Positions 20,696 to 30,156 of a DNA stretch of 64,000 nucleotides are shown one piece after another. A program made the translations under genes and the position numbers. The DNA is taken from the NCBI GenBank assembly GCA_963758495.1, contig CAVWVI010000003.1, positions 256,001 through 320,000 of the forward strand, written 5' to 3'. This stretch comes from Oligoflexia bacterium. Lineage in GTDB: Bacteria; Bdellovibrionota; UBA1018. Under the pieces are notes generated by a model, which worked only from the letters and a program-made list of their open reading frames with translations, ran no database searches and was not told where the DNA came from. The number at the start of each line of letters is the position of its first letter. Within the stretch, counting starts at the first letter, position 1.

Positions 20696-21094
20696 TTAAA
20701 GTGCAACCATGCCGAGCACCTCTTTTTTCTCTAAAGAACTAAGAGCATGATTTGCCTTAGCCTCCTCTTGAAAGAAAGATTGTGCTTGGGCTAAAACGGA
20801 TAGGGAGAGAGTGCCTTCTTGTATTTTGGTTTCTACTTCTTTGGCAACTTCTGGCTCCAAACTTTTCAGCAACCGCATACTCGATATGCGTCTTTGAGCA
20901 CTCGACTCCGAATAACCTAAACTCTCAACGCAATAAGAAAATAAACTAGAAAATCCAAGTACTGCAAATAGTCGTCTTCTTTCTAGTTCTTGTAAATGAT
21001 GTAAAATTTGAGTTGTTGTTTCTCGTTCAACTTTGACCAGTGCAGAGGTTTGATCGAGTAAAACTTGGTCAGGTAACTTTCTTAAAATTTCCAT
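20696..21094 (-). pseudogene. Truncated DUF222-like N-terminus of a Bdellovibrio-type HNH endonuclease
   Basis: LHHLQELERRRLF..LGFSSLFSYCVESLGYSESSAQRRI is typical of the family; the ORF stops at 132 aa with no HNH domain. Confidence 0.75.
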
Positions 21095-21790
21095 TCTCTT
21101 TTCTCCTATTACTTGAGACTGGGAAACACCTTAACATAGTTTTCTGAGACCGATTTTTTGTATTTAGAGAGCCAATATGGGCTTTAGAATGAACAATTGG
21201 TACTCGGGATCAACTCTTACTCAATGACTCTTCTGCTAGTTGCTACTGCACCTGTAGCGAGTATTTAAAATGAAGTCAGGAATATTGAAAAACAATTCAG
21301 AAAAAATAAAAATACCTTGTCAAGAAATTGTTCTCAGATTGCCAAATTATTCTCATCACCCTCAAGCGAAACCTCCTCCCTTGATAGCCTGCACTCGATT
21401 CCGATTTCATACACGATTCGTCTGTCGCGCGTGTCTCACCCGACACGAGTCTAGCACCTTCCCGTGTCTCGGAGTGCGTCTGGTCGTAACCTTGATCTCG
21501 GTAGTGTCCCGACTTAAAATTGATCTCATCTCATAACTCCGCCGGGGCTTTTTGAAAATACTCTCCACAACCCATTGGATCTTTTTTCATGCGTCGAAAG
21601 TGCGCTTATCAGCTGACTCATGGTATATATTTTCGGAAGGATAACCGAAGCCATGTTGTTGATGGCAAGGCTGTAGCCCTTGATTTATTTAATATCCTAT
21701 TTTATTGGCTTCATGCTAGGCATTCAAAAAAATAAGTAAATTACCTAAAAAGTATATTTATTTTTAAAAACAAAAACAGAAAGATTACGT

Positions 21791-22690
21791 ATGATCAAAC
21801 AAAAGTGGATATCTGCTATTATATTGGGGTTGTTCTCATATCATTTTTCATTCGCTGACGTAATAAGTTTCAAAGACTATGGTTTTTTTCCGGAGTTTAA
21901 AAAAAATTTTGGACCTATTGCCGATTTCCTTCTCGAAAGTGAAAAAGAAGGTGTTTCATTCGAGAGTATTGTACAAAAGTACGATCTATTTACAGCCAAC
22001 ATGATCGCAGGAATACAACGTTCAGATGAAAAAGAGGACTTGGCTATCAATGTGACTCATCAGTTAAATTTAGTGAGCCTGCCTCCTCCAGCTTGGGCTG
22101 ATTTAGCTGCATCAAAAGATATGGAGATGGCAAGAGAAAGTATAATAAAGCCGCTCCTCATTGAAGATGGAAAATTTGTTGCACCCCACTCTGCACGCGA
22201 CAATATCGAGATTGGGGTTCTATCCTCTAACCAGGTGACCCCTATAAAAAATGCGCCCGGCATTTATCAGGTTAATAGATGCATCACTATTAGAGTAAAT
22301 GTAGCACGTCAAATAATGAGATATCTTTTAACTCTAGTACCAAGAGAGCCCCATTACCTAGTACCTATTGTGATTGCTCCTAGCCAGGAGGAACTAAAAT
22401 CCGAGGAAGAGAAGATTCAAAAGCCTATCTTCGTTTATACTAGTCATTCTGAACGCTTGTACCCTATGAGTTTTCCGACTACCCAAAGTGATGGAACCCC
22501 AGATGAAGACTCACTCAAGTTCATTCGATGGTTAGAGACTGCCAATAAGCGTCTTATGAAGCTCCAAAAAATGCCTTTGGTCCACGAATTTGCAGTTAAA
22601 CAATATAGTAAATATATAGACAAACAAACCGCTTCCCTTTATTCAAAATGCATTAAAAAGATGACCAAGAAATTAAGAAAAAGCAGTTAA
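21791..22690 (+). CDS. Hypothetical exported protein
   Basis: 299-aa ORF with signal peptide ending SFA-D. Confidence 0.75.
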   Translation: MIKQKWISAIILGLFSYHFSFADVISFKDYGFFPEFKKNFGPIADFLLESEKEGVSFESIVQKYDLFTANMIAGIQRSDEKEDLAINVTHQLNLVSLPPPAWADLAASKDMEMARESIIKPLLIEDGKFVAPHSARDNIEIGVLSSNQVTPIKNAPGIYQVNRCITIRVNVARQIMRYLLTLVPREPHYLVPIVIAPSQEELKSEEEKIQKPIFVYTSHSERLYPMSFPTTQSDGTPDEDSLKFIRWLETANKRLMKLQKMPLVHEFAVKQYSKYIDKQTASLYSKCIKKMTKKLRKSS

Positions 22691-22798
22691 ACAACGATAG
22701 GGTGAAAGAAATTTTTTTCTCAAATAAGTAAGGAGTTCCTTTATGGCTCTTGACAAGCACTGCAAGGAAATAAAAAATTTCTTTCTCCCTGAACCTAA

Positions 22799-23764
22799 TC
22801 AAAGCGTCCTTTTCAAAATCCAGCCTTTTAAATACCTGTTTTCACTTTTTCCAAACTGAGTAGGGAAAGTTTCGGGAAGATCAATCTGACCCACGATTTT
22901 GAAACTCATTTTTTTCCGCTGAGCAGCAGTCAACACATCTAATTCATATTTTTTCCATGAAATATTGGCGGAATTAATGGATGTAATCAGAACACCTTCA
23001 CTTTTGAGTAAGTCCATTGCGAGAGAATGAAGTTTTTCTAAATCTTTCGAGGTTGAGAATTTTCCCTTATTTCCATGTGAAAAAGAAGGAGGATCCAGGA
23101 TAATACAATCAAATAATTCACCCTCTCTCTTTAATCTGGGCAACCATTCAAAAACATCTCCTGCAATGAATCGATGGGTAGCCTCGGAAAGTTCATTTAA
23201 TAATATATTTTCCTTTGCCCATTGAATCGCAGTTTTGGATAAGTCAAGAGTGGTAACCTGTGCAGCAGCCCCACTTCCCGCAGCTACCGAAAGACTTCCT
23301 GTATATGCAAAAGTATTCAGGACTCGCAACCCTTTGGAATGCGCTCCTAACCAATTTCGGAGGGGTTGATGATCTAAAAAAAGCCCTGGATGTCTTGTCT
23401 TTTGGAATTGAATCCAATAGCGCCGATTATTTTCCACAATTGAAAATTTCGATTCCGGAGGTTGTCCGTCAATCACTTCCGCTTCAGGAGCAATCCCTTG
23501 ATCTGGGCGACTGAGCCCTACAATTGAAAGAGCCCCCTTTGATTTAAGGAACCGAACTATCTTCTCGCGAGCCTGTAAGCTTTGATTTAAAGAAAGAGAA
23601 CTCTCCCATTCTGTCACCCAATAGTGGTTACCAAATCGATCCACCGCAAACGAGCGTAATTCTCCATCACCTTCACCAGGTCCATGAAATACTCTGACCG
23701 CTTCTGTTTTTTTAAAAATATTTAAACTTTCACGCCAGGCCCAGGCACACTTTAATTCAGACAC
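22799..23764 (-). CDS. RlmI/RlmK-like SAM-dependent methyltransferase
   Basis: GLFLDH, VLNTFAYTGS, IILDPPSF. Confidence 0.88.
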   Translation of the reverse strand: MSELKCAWAWRESLNIFKKTEAVRVFHGPGEGDGELRSFAVDRFGNHYWVTEWESSLSLNQSLQAREKIVRFLKSKGALSIVGLSRPDQGIAPEAEVIDGQPPESKFSIVENNRRYWIQFQKTRHPGLFLDHQPLRNWLGAHSKGLRVLNTFAYTGSLSVAAGSGAAAQVTTLDLSKTAIQWAKENILLNELSEATHRFIAGDVFEWLPRLKREGELFDCIILDPPSFSHGNKGKFSTSKDLEKLHSLAMDLLKSEGVLITSINSANISWKKYELDVLTAAQRKKMSFKIVGQIDLPETFPTQFGKSENRYLKGWILKRTL

Positions 23765-24425
23765 TACGACCGTCCTTCCTCAATTGATCCAACCAAGAGC
23801 AAAAATCCTCCGGCAAGGGGGCCTCAAAAACTTCACCTCCCGGTAGTTCCAATGAAGCGGCATGAAGAGCCACTCGACTCACGGATAAGGAGGATGTCCC
23901 CAAGCTCACTTGCTTCAATCCTCGATACATGGAGTCTCCTAAAATAGGATGACCTCGATTGGAGAGGTGAATTCGAATTTGATGCCTCCTACCCGTACGA
24001 GGCAGTACTTTCCCTAGAAAGCTCTGTTGAAAGCATTCCTTCACTTCTACCTGAGTGATCGCATGGACTCCATTGACCGGCTCATTTACTTTAAAAACAG
24101 GAGTTAACGGTATCCCGCTCGCCAAACAAGAGTAAATCTTCTTGACTCGTCGATCTTGAAACCAGGAATTAGCGAGTCGATGACTTTCTTCGGTACGTGC
24201 AAACAAAACAACACCACTAGTCTCTCGATCCAATCGATGAACGACCCAAATTGGAGAGTAATTTTTTACGGCCCATTCTGAAAGAATTTGGGGTGGGTTT
24301 CGCTCGGGGTTTCGACCTGGAATGGTGAGCCAGCCCGATGGTTTTGAAACGACTAACCATTGAGCAGTCAACGCCAATACTTGAGGGTCATTAAGACTTT
24401 CATTAATACTGATCTGATGAATCAT
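23757..24425 (-). CDS. RluA-family pseudouridine synthase
   Basis: VHRLDRETSG, TGRRHQIRIH, HPILGDSMY. Confidence 0.92.
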   Translation of the reverse strand: MIHQISINESLNDPQVLALTAQWLVVSKPSGWLTIPGRNPERNPPQILSEWAVKNYSPIWVVHRLDRETSGVVLFARTEESHRLANSWFQDRRVKKIYSCLASGIPLTPVFKVNEPVNGVHAITQVEVKECFQQSFLGKVLPRTGRRHQIRIHLSNRGHPILGDSMYRGLKQVSLGTSSLSVSRVALHAASLELPGGEVFEAPLPEDFCSWLDQLRKDGRSV

Positions 24426-24462
24426 GCTTGAATGAATGTAACATTGCGGTTAGGGTTCTCGC

Positions 24463-25143
24463 ATGCCAAATCGTGATAGTCTACTGATTAAACCCGCCCG
24501 GCGGCGCTTCTATAGGCCTTTTGCTCGTTTTATAGTGCTGCTTTCTGCAGTCTTCTCAATCCTTTGTGTTTATCTGGCCTCGGGTCCTGACCGAGACCTC
24601 CATTTCTCCCGTGAGATTCCTTCTCAACTCGAACCTGCCAGAATTGATCGAAATTTTTCAGCAATGACTCGATGGCCTCAATGGTTTTTTTCTTTAAGTG
24701 AAGTTCAGGTTTTAAATTCCGAAAATGTCGCAGATAAGACACTTCCACAAGTTCTCAAGCCTGGTGAAACCCTTCAGCTGGATATTGATCCTCATAAGGG
24801 AAAATCGAAAAGGTTTCAAATCAGGGCAGAAGTCACGAAATACTCTCCTGGACAAAGTTTAAGCCTTAAAATTCTTCAAGATTCCTCTCATCGACTGACG
24901 CGGCTTTTTGATCAAATTGAATGGACTCTGGAAATTAAACCCCATGGACACGGGAGTCTCTTGCGTGGCACCGCCACAGCTCATACGAGTCATTGGCGCT
25001 CACGTCTATTAGGTTATTTTGCAGAAAAAATTATTATGAATCAGATCTTTTATCCTGATTTAATTAAACTCTCGGAACTCAGACAGCCTTTTTCAGATCT
25101 TTCTCCTCGAGTTGTTCCGGGGTCGGGCTCGATGTCTGATTGA
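24463..25143 (+). CDS. Membrane-anchored SRPBCC/START-like protein
   Basis: N-terminal TM helix; RWPQWF motif typical of SRPBCC. Confidence 0.55.
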   Translation: MPNRDSLLIKPARRRFYRPFARFIVLLSAVFSILCVYLASGPDRDLHFSREIPSQLEPARIDRNFSAMTRWPQWFFSLSEVQVLNSENVADKTLPQVLKPGETLQLDIDPHKGKSKRFQIRAEVTKYSPGQSLSLKILQDSSHRLTRLFDQIEWTLEIKPHGHGSLLRGTATAHTSHWRSRLLGYFAEKIIMNQIFYPDLIKLSELRQPFSDLSPRVVPGSGSMSD

Positions 25144-26749
25144 TAGTATCAGTAGGTCCATCAGCGACGGGCTCAAGAGTCACCTCGATTAATCCATTAA
25201 AACCATTTTCAGACAAATCACTCACTGGATCTTTTAACTCTGATACAGGCTTTAACTCTGATATAGGTTTTAATTCTGGTGTGGGACTTACAGTAGTCTC
25301 TATGCCTGATTCTGCAAATGTTTTCCAACCTTGAACAGTGGATGTATCACAAATAAAAATAGATTCCCTAATCGCTCCCTGATTCAAAGCTGTCAGGATA
25401 AATCCAGGCGTCACAGGGCCATGGATCATTTCTCCATCATACATCCATAAAGATGCCTTTGGATCCTCTGAACCTGTAAAAATACCCGCTTCTTTGATTT
25501 GAGCCGTATTGCCTGATCCTTCGGCCCAACATTCACAATCAAAGTCTAATTCTTGGGTATAAAGTTGCAACACCACTTCTCTCTGCGTTAAGGGGCCAAT
25601 GATTTGAGATCCATTATTAACGAGCCATTTAACTTCCTTTTTTACCTGCTCCATCGCGGGCTCTTGAGAATGATCTGAGTTCAAGGTCCCACCTGCCTCA
25701 GTTGCCTCTCCTGAACTGAGGCGAGACTCCTGAGCTTTTCTGAAAAGCTGGAACTGCGGAAACATGAAATGTCCCACGAAATATCCAATGATAAGTGAAT
25801 AAATAACCGCTAATAATGCAAATTGTAAACATTGATTCTTTGCCTGACTGTACGTTGCAGTCGCTTCAGCCTCGGGTAGAATGACTATGACTGCAAGCTT
25901 CCCCATCTTGAGACGATGGTATCCCCCAAAAATAACATTTCCCTCTAAGTCATTAAATTGGAGTTGATTACTCACTGACTTCGAATGATGCATCTTTTGA
26001 AACAACGGGGTTCCACGAAGTTCCCCTTTAAAAACAGATGACTGCACTTCAGATTGAATCAGAATATTTCCAAGATCATCAACGAGGGCCGCACTGATCC
26101 CTCGACTCTTTTTTAACACTTTCGATAATCGCTCGAGATGAATATGTGTAGATACAACTTTTTCCACTCCCCCCTGGTTTAGCGCTGGGCTCAAGGGGAG
26201 AGCATATACAATCGATTCTCTTATTCCGAAGTCTGCAGAGGTCGGCGCGACTATGACATGACCAGCAAAAGCCGATTGAAGCAAGGAAACTTCACTCTCG
26301 CCTGAGCTTTTAATTCTTTCGTTTAATTCCCCTGAAGCTAATGCTCCTGAAGCATTTTCAAAATGAAACTTGGAATTCAAGGCCAAATAGAGGCGCTTTG
26401 GCTTTGGATAAAGGTCAAACACTCCTGCCGACTCTCCTTGCTTCCACAAAGAAATGTCAGAGATATCTGGATCAGCTTGGATGAGCTGCGCTTCTAAATT
26501 GCCTAAATTGCCTAAATTGTCACTTTTATCCACTAATTCTAAAATATGCCGGTTCCAATATTCAAACTGATCCTCGAAATAGGAAGATAAAAAAAAGGAA
26601 GCTTCAGCCAATCGTTGGTCAATTGAAACTCGATTTTCCCGCTCTAAGGACCGCCAAACTAAGCCCATCCCTAATCCCAGTGGAAACAGTGAGGCAATCA
26701 TCCAGATCAAAACAAAAGAAATGCCAGATTTTGGAAGCAAAACTTTCAT
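25079..26749 (-). CDS. Membrane protein with periplasmic Cache-like domain and two cytoplasmic GYF_2/DUF4339-like domains
   Basis: Two TM helices flanking an LVDDLGNILI-type Cache segment; W-x-x-x-x-G-x-x-I-x-GP repeated twice; ATG 26749 has a GGAGG RBS. Confidence 0.65.
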   Translation of the reverse strand: MKVLLPKSGISFVLIWMIASLFPLGLGMGLVWRSLERENRVSIDQRLAEASFFLSSYFEDQFEYWNRHILELVDKSDNLGNLGNLEAQLIQADPDISDISLWKQGESAGVFDLYPKPKRLYLALNSKFHFENASGALASGELNERIKSSGESEVSLLQSAFAGHVIVAPTSADFGIRESIVYALPLSPALNQGGVEKVVSTHIHLERLSKVLKKSRGISAALVDDLGNILIQSEVQSSVFKGELRGTPLFQKMHHSKSVSNQLQFNDLEGNVIFGGYHRLKMGKLAVIVILPEAEATATYSQAKNQCLQFALLAVIYSLIIGYFVGHFMFPQFQLFRKAQESRLSSGEATEAGGTLNSDHSQEPAMEQVKKEVKWLVNNGSQIIGPLTQREVVLQLYTQELDFDCECWAEGSGNTAQIKEAGIFTGSEDPKASLWMYDGEMIHGPVTPGFILTALNQGAIRESIFICDTSTVQGWKTFAESGIETTVSPTPELKPISELKPVSELKDPVSDLSENGFNGLIEVTLEPVADGPTDTINQTSSPTPEQLEEKDLKKAV

Positions 26750-26819
26750 CCTCAAAAAATCCCCTCCTCCCTGTATCGGAAACTTCAAAAAATTAATGAA
26801 TAATGGTATTGTACTTAAT

Positions 26820-28283
26820 ATGAATTCCAAAAACCGTCAGGCAGCCGTCACCCCAGAATTTGTAATTCAATCTCTTCATTTGGATAGCCCCCCCCCTCTC
26901 AAGCCTCATATCCCCTTTACCTGCGTTACTACTGATTCTCGTAAAATTTCAAAGGGTTGTCTTTTTATTGCCCTGAAAGGGGACAAGTTTGATGGCCATG
27001 ACTTTATTGAAAGTGCGATTGCCCAAGGCGCCGTAGGAATTCTGTGTCGAAACGACTATTCCCTGCCCTCAGCAAAAAATACCTCATTCTTTTTAGTCGA
27101 GGACACCCTCCTAGCGTATCGTCTTCTCGCATCTGCTTGGCGGCGCAAATTCCATATTCCCGTCATTGCCGTTGCGGGAAGTGCGGGGAAGACCACAACT
27201 AAGGAACTCCTTGCTGCAATTCTACGGGGAAAGTGGAAGCATATTTTGAAAACTCAGGGTAGCCAAAATGGATTTGTAGGAATTCCCATGACTCTACTCG
27301 AATTGAAAAACGAGCATGAGGCAGCGATCATTGAAGTTGGAATTGATGAAGTCGGAGCCATGCATCAACATATGTCCATCCTTAAACCTAATGCTTCAGT
27401 ATTAACTTCAATTGGGCCTGAGCATTTGGAGTATTTGCATGACTTGCCCACAGTAGCTCGAGAAGAAGGCATTGCCCTTTCATATGTCAGTCAGACTGGA
27501 GGTCATGTTGCAATCAATATCGATGATCCGTGGATTAAGCCCTACTTTGAAGGATTAAAGGGAGGTAAAAAAACTGCTTTCACTTTGGCCCCCCCCTTAC
27601 CCTTCAATTTTGAAGGGTCCGCTCCACAGATCGATCCCCTCGTGGGACAGATCAGTCTAGATGGTAAGATCTTGACTTTTTGGGGTGCTGGAATCCCAAA
27701 AACAACTCTACCTATTCCCCTTCTCGGTAAACACAACGTCATGAACTTATTGGGTGCACTGACTATTGCAGTGGGTCTTGAATTAACAGTTGAGGAGATA
27801 CAAAAGGGTCTAAAGACCTTCAAAGGCGCAGAAGGTCGTTCTGAAATTCGTATCCTCCAAAGATCCATTACTGTTGTTTGCGATTACTACAATGCGCAGC
27901 CTACTTCTGTTGTTGCTGGCCTGGATTTACTTGCTCAAGTAGCAAAAGAAGGTCCGCAGAACGGATCTCGCTGGGCCTGTCTAGGTGATATGTTAGAACT
28001 TGGACAGAATGAAGAACGATTTCACCGTGACCTTGCTCAAAAAATTCTAGAACTCGATATTGATCACATTTTACTTTATGGTCCGAGAATGGCCGCCCTC
28101 TTTGATGAATTAAAAAAACAAGACTTTCGAGGACACCACGCACATTTCACCTCTCATGCCCATCTTGCTTCTGTATTGACTGAAGGGGTCAAACCAGGCG
28201 ATACCATTCTCATTAAAGGCTCTCGCGGAATGAAAATGGAAGAAGTATGGAAAATTTTAGAAAATTATACAAACACTCAATAG
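26820..28283 (+). CDS. murF: UDP-N-acetylmuramoyl-tripeptide--D-Ala-D-Ala ligase
   Basis: TDSRKI, FDGHDF, GSAGKTTTKE, DYYNA, GDMLELG, KGSRGMKME. Confidence 0.95.
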   Translation: MNSKNRQAAVTPEFVIQSLHLDSPPPLKPHIPFTCVTTDSRKISKGCLFIALKGDKFDGHDFIESAIAQGAVGILCRNDYSLPSAKNTSFFLVEDTLLAYRLLASAWRRKFHIPVIAVAGSAGKTTTKELLAAILRGKWKHILKTQGSQNGFVGIPMTLLELKNEHEAAIIEVGIDEVGAMHQHMSILKPNASVLTSIGPEHLEYLHDLPTVAREEGIALSYVSQTGGHVAINIDDPWIKPYFEGLKGGKKTAFTLAPPLPFNFEGSAPQIDPLVGQISLDGKILTFWGAGIPKTTLPIPLLGKHNVMNLLGALTIAVGLELTVEEIQKGLKTFKGAEGRSEIRILQRSITVVCDYYNAQPTSVVAGLDLLAQVAKEGPQNGSRWACLGDMLELGQNEERFHRDLAQKILELDIDHILLYGPRMAALFDELKKQDFRGHHAHFTSHAHLASVLTEGVKPGDTILIKGSRGMKMEEVWKILENYTNTQ

Positions 28284-28293
28284 GGCAAAAAAA

Positions 28294-29436
28294 TTGACGG
28301 CAAAAATTCTCCTTCCTACTCCTGAAAATCTTGCAGTCGCCGCTCAAGCGATTCAACAAGGCGATGTGGTAGGAATGCCCACAGAAACAGTTTATGGACT
28401 GGCAGGAAATAGCCGGTCTGTGCGTGCTCTCGCTCGAATCTTTGAAACGAAAGAGCGTCCCACGTTTGATCCTCTCATTATTCATGTAGGGATTCCTGTT
28501 GGGCATGTTGGGCCCGTGGAAAATGGAATTCATGAATTAGAGAAGTTACGTTTAATTGATGCATCTGGATTGACAGAACTGCAAAGAACCCAAGTAGATC
28601 GCTTAATCCAATCTTTTTGGCCAGGCCCTCTTACTCTCGTACTACCTAAACATCCCGATGTTCCCGATCTAGCCACAAGCGGACTTTCAACAGTGGGAAT
28701 TCGAATGCCTAGCCATCCCATTGCTCAAGCACTGATTGCGGCTTCTCAATGCCCTTTAGCGGCACCCAGCGCTAATCGTTTTGGTAGAATCAGTCCCACA
28801 ACTCCTCAAGCAGTGAAAGATGAACTTGGAGATCGAATTCAGTGGATTCTGGATGGAGGTCCTTCTCAAATTGGTTTAGAATCAACAGTTCTTGCTTTTA
28901 ACGAGCAAGGAAACCTTTGCGTCCTTCGACCAGGGGGAACTTCTCTAGAAAAAATTGAAGAACTTTTAGGTGAATCCCTTTCAGAAACGCCTAGTCAATC
29001 ACTTCAAGGACCTCCTTCACCTCTCCTGGCAACTCCCGCACCGGGCATGCTAGAAAGCCATTATGCTCCTAAAAAGCCCTTTTATTTATTGAATCAGAGA
29101 GTACCCCTCCTCGATTCGATCGATTTTGCGTTCATCTCTAAGGCGATGAGTTCATTCTCACTTTCATCAAAAATCGGTTTATTGCTGATGTCGGGCGATC
29201 CGGAACCTCTTTCTCAACAACTCTCTCAAGCCATCAACCGACCTGTTCTATCGCGATCGCTTAGTCGCACAGGAGATCTTCACGAAGTAGCCTACCGCTT
29301 ATTTGCTGAAATGCGATGGCTTGATTCTTCAGATGCGGCTGTCCTTTTTGCAGAACCTTGCACGCCCAACCAAGGGCTCAGTCATGCGATCGCAGACCGT
29401 CTCAATCGTGCTAGTGCTCGCTCCCGAACTCAATAA
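28294..29436 (+). CDS. sua5: Threonylcarbamoyl-AMP synthase (Sua5 type)
   Basis: PTETVYGL, FWPGPLT, AAPSAN, GLESTV, APGMLESHYAP. Confidence 0.95.
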   Translation: MTAKILLPTPENLAVAAQAIQQGDVVGMPTETVYGLAGNSRSVRALARIFETKERPTFDPLIIHVGIPVGHVGPVENGIHELEKLRLIDASGLTELQRTQVDRLIQSFWPGPLTLVLPKHPDVPDLATSGLSTVGIRMPSHPIAQALIAASQCPLAAPSANRFGRISPTTPQAVKDELGDRIQWILDGGPSQIGLESTVLAFNEQGNLCVLRPGGTSLEKIEELLGESLSETPSQSLQGPPSPLLATPAPGMLESHYAPKKPFYLLNQRVPLLDSIDFAFISKAMSSFSLSSKIGLLLMSGDPEPLSQQLSQAINRPVLSRSLSRTGDLHEVAYRLFAEMRWLDSSDAAVLFAEPCTPNQGLSHAIADRLNRASARSRTQ

Positions 29437-29520
29437 GTACGTAAGTACTCAAGAGAACGTCACATCGGAAGCAATTAGCAAAAACTTGTGATAGAGATGT
29501 TCTAAATAAAAGAGGCAAGA

Positions 29521-30156
29521 ATGTTTACTGGGATTATCGAAAAACAAGGAAGAATAGTGGATCTCGTATCTAAAGGTAATTCTTTAGAAATTCGGGTAGA
29601 TACCGATTATACTGATCTACAACTAGGAGAAAGCATTGCCGTCAATGGAGTTTGCCTTACGGTTGCTCAGTTTTCTTCTCATAATCAGGGTCATAATCAG
29701 GGTCATAGTCAGGGTCATGGCGAAATTTTATTTTTTATCAGCCCTGAAACTTTACAGAGAAGTAATTTAGGGTCTGTCCTATTAAACAGTTTTCTCAATT
29801 TAGAACGAGCTTTAACACTGAACACTCGACTCTCGGGCCATCTGGTGCAAGGACACGTGGATGGCAAAGCCAAGCTGTTAAAAATTCTTTCAAAATCAGA
29901 TAGTTATTCGATGCAGTTTGAAATTTCTGGAAATTTATCAAAATACTGTGTAGAAAAAGGCTCTATTTGCCTCAATGGTGTGAGCTTAACCTTAAATTCG
30001 GTTTCAGACCCAATGAATGAAAATAGCCTAATTGAGATTACTGTAATTCCTCATACTTGGTCTCATACGAATTTATCTCGCTTATCTATTGGAGATTGGG
30101 TCAATGCTGAGGTTGATATTTTAGCGAAATACGTGGAGCGTCTATGCCATCATTAG
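29521..30156 (+). CDS. ribE: Riboflavin synthase
   Basis: MFTGII, SIAVNGVCLTV, GHLVQGHVDG, EVDILAKY. Confidence 0.96.
   Translation: MFTGIIEKQGRIVDLVSKGNSLEIRVDTDYTDLQLGESIAVNGVCLTVAQFSSHNQGHNQGHSQGHGEILFFISPETLQRSNLGSVLLNSFLNLERALTLNTRLSGHLVQGHVDGKAKLLKILSKSDSYSMQFEISGNLSKYCVEKGSICLNGVSLTLNSVSDPMNENSLIEITVIPHTWSHTNLSRLSIGDWVNAEVDILAKYVERLCHH
29680..29718 (+). repeat. 12-bp tandem repeat x3 inside ribE
   Basis: cataatcagggt cataatcagggt catagtcagggt cat = HNQGHNQGHSQGH. Confidence 0.9.

Noticed and set aside
21270..21536. 88-aa + strand ORF
   Set aside because: No recognisable motif or RBS; better explained as a structured non-coding remnant
29437..29520. FMN riboswitch ahead of the rib genes
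   Set aside because: Spacer is only 84 bp and lacks RFN consensus segments; ribD is also not in this cluster
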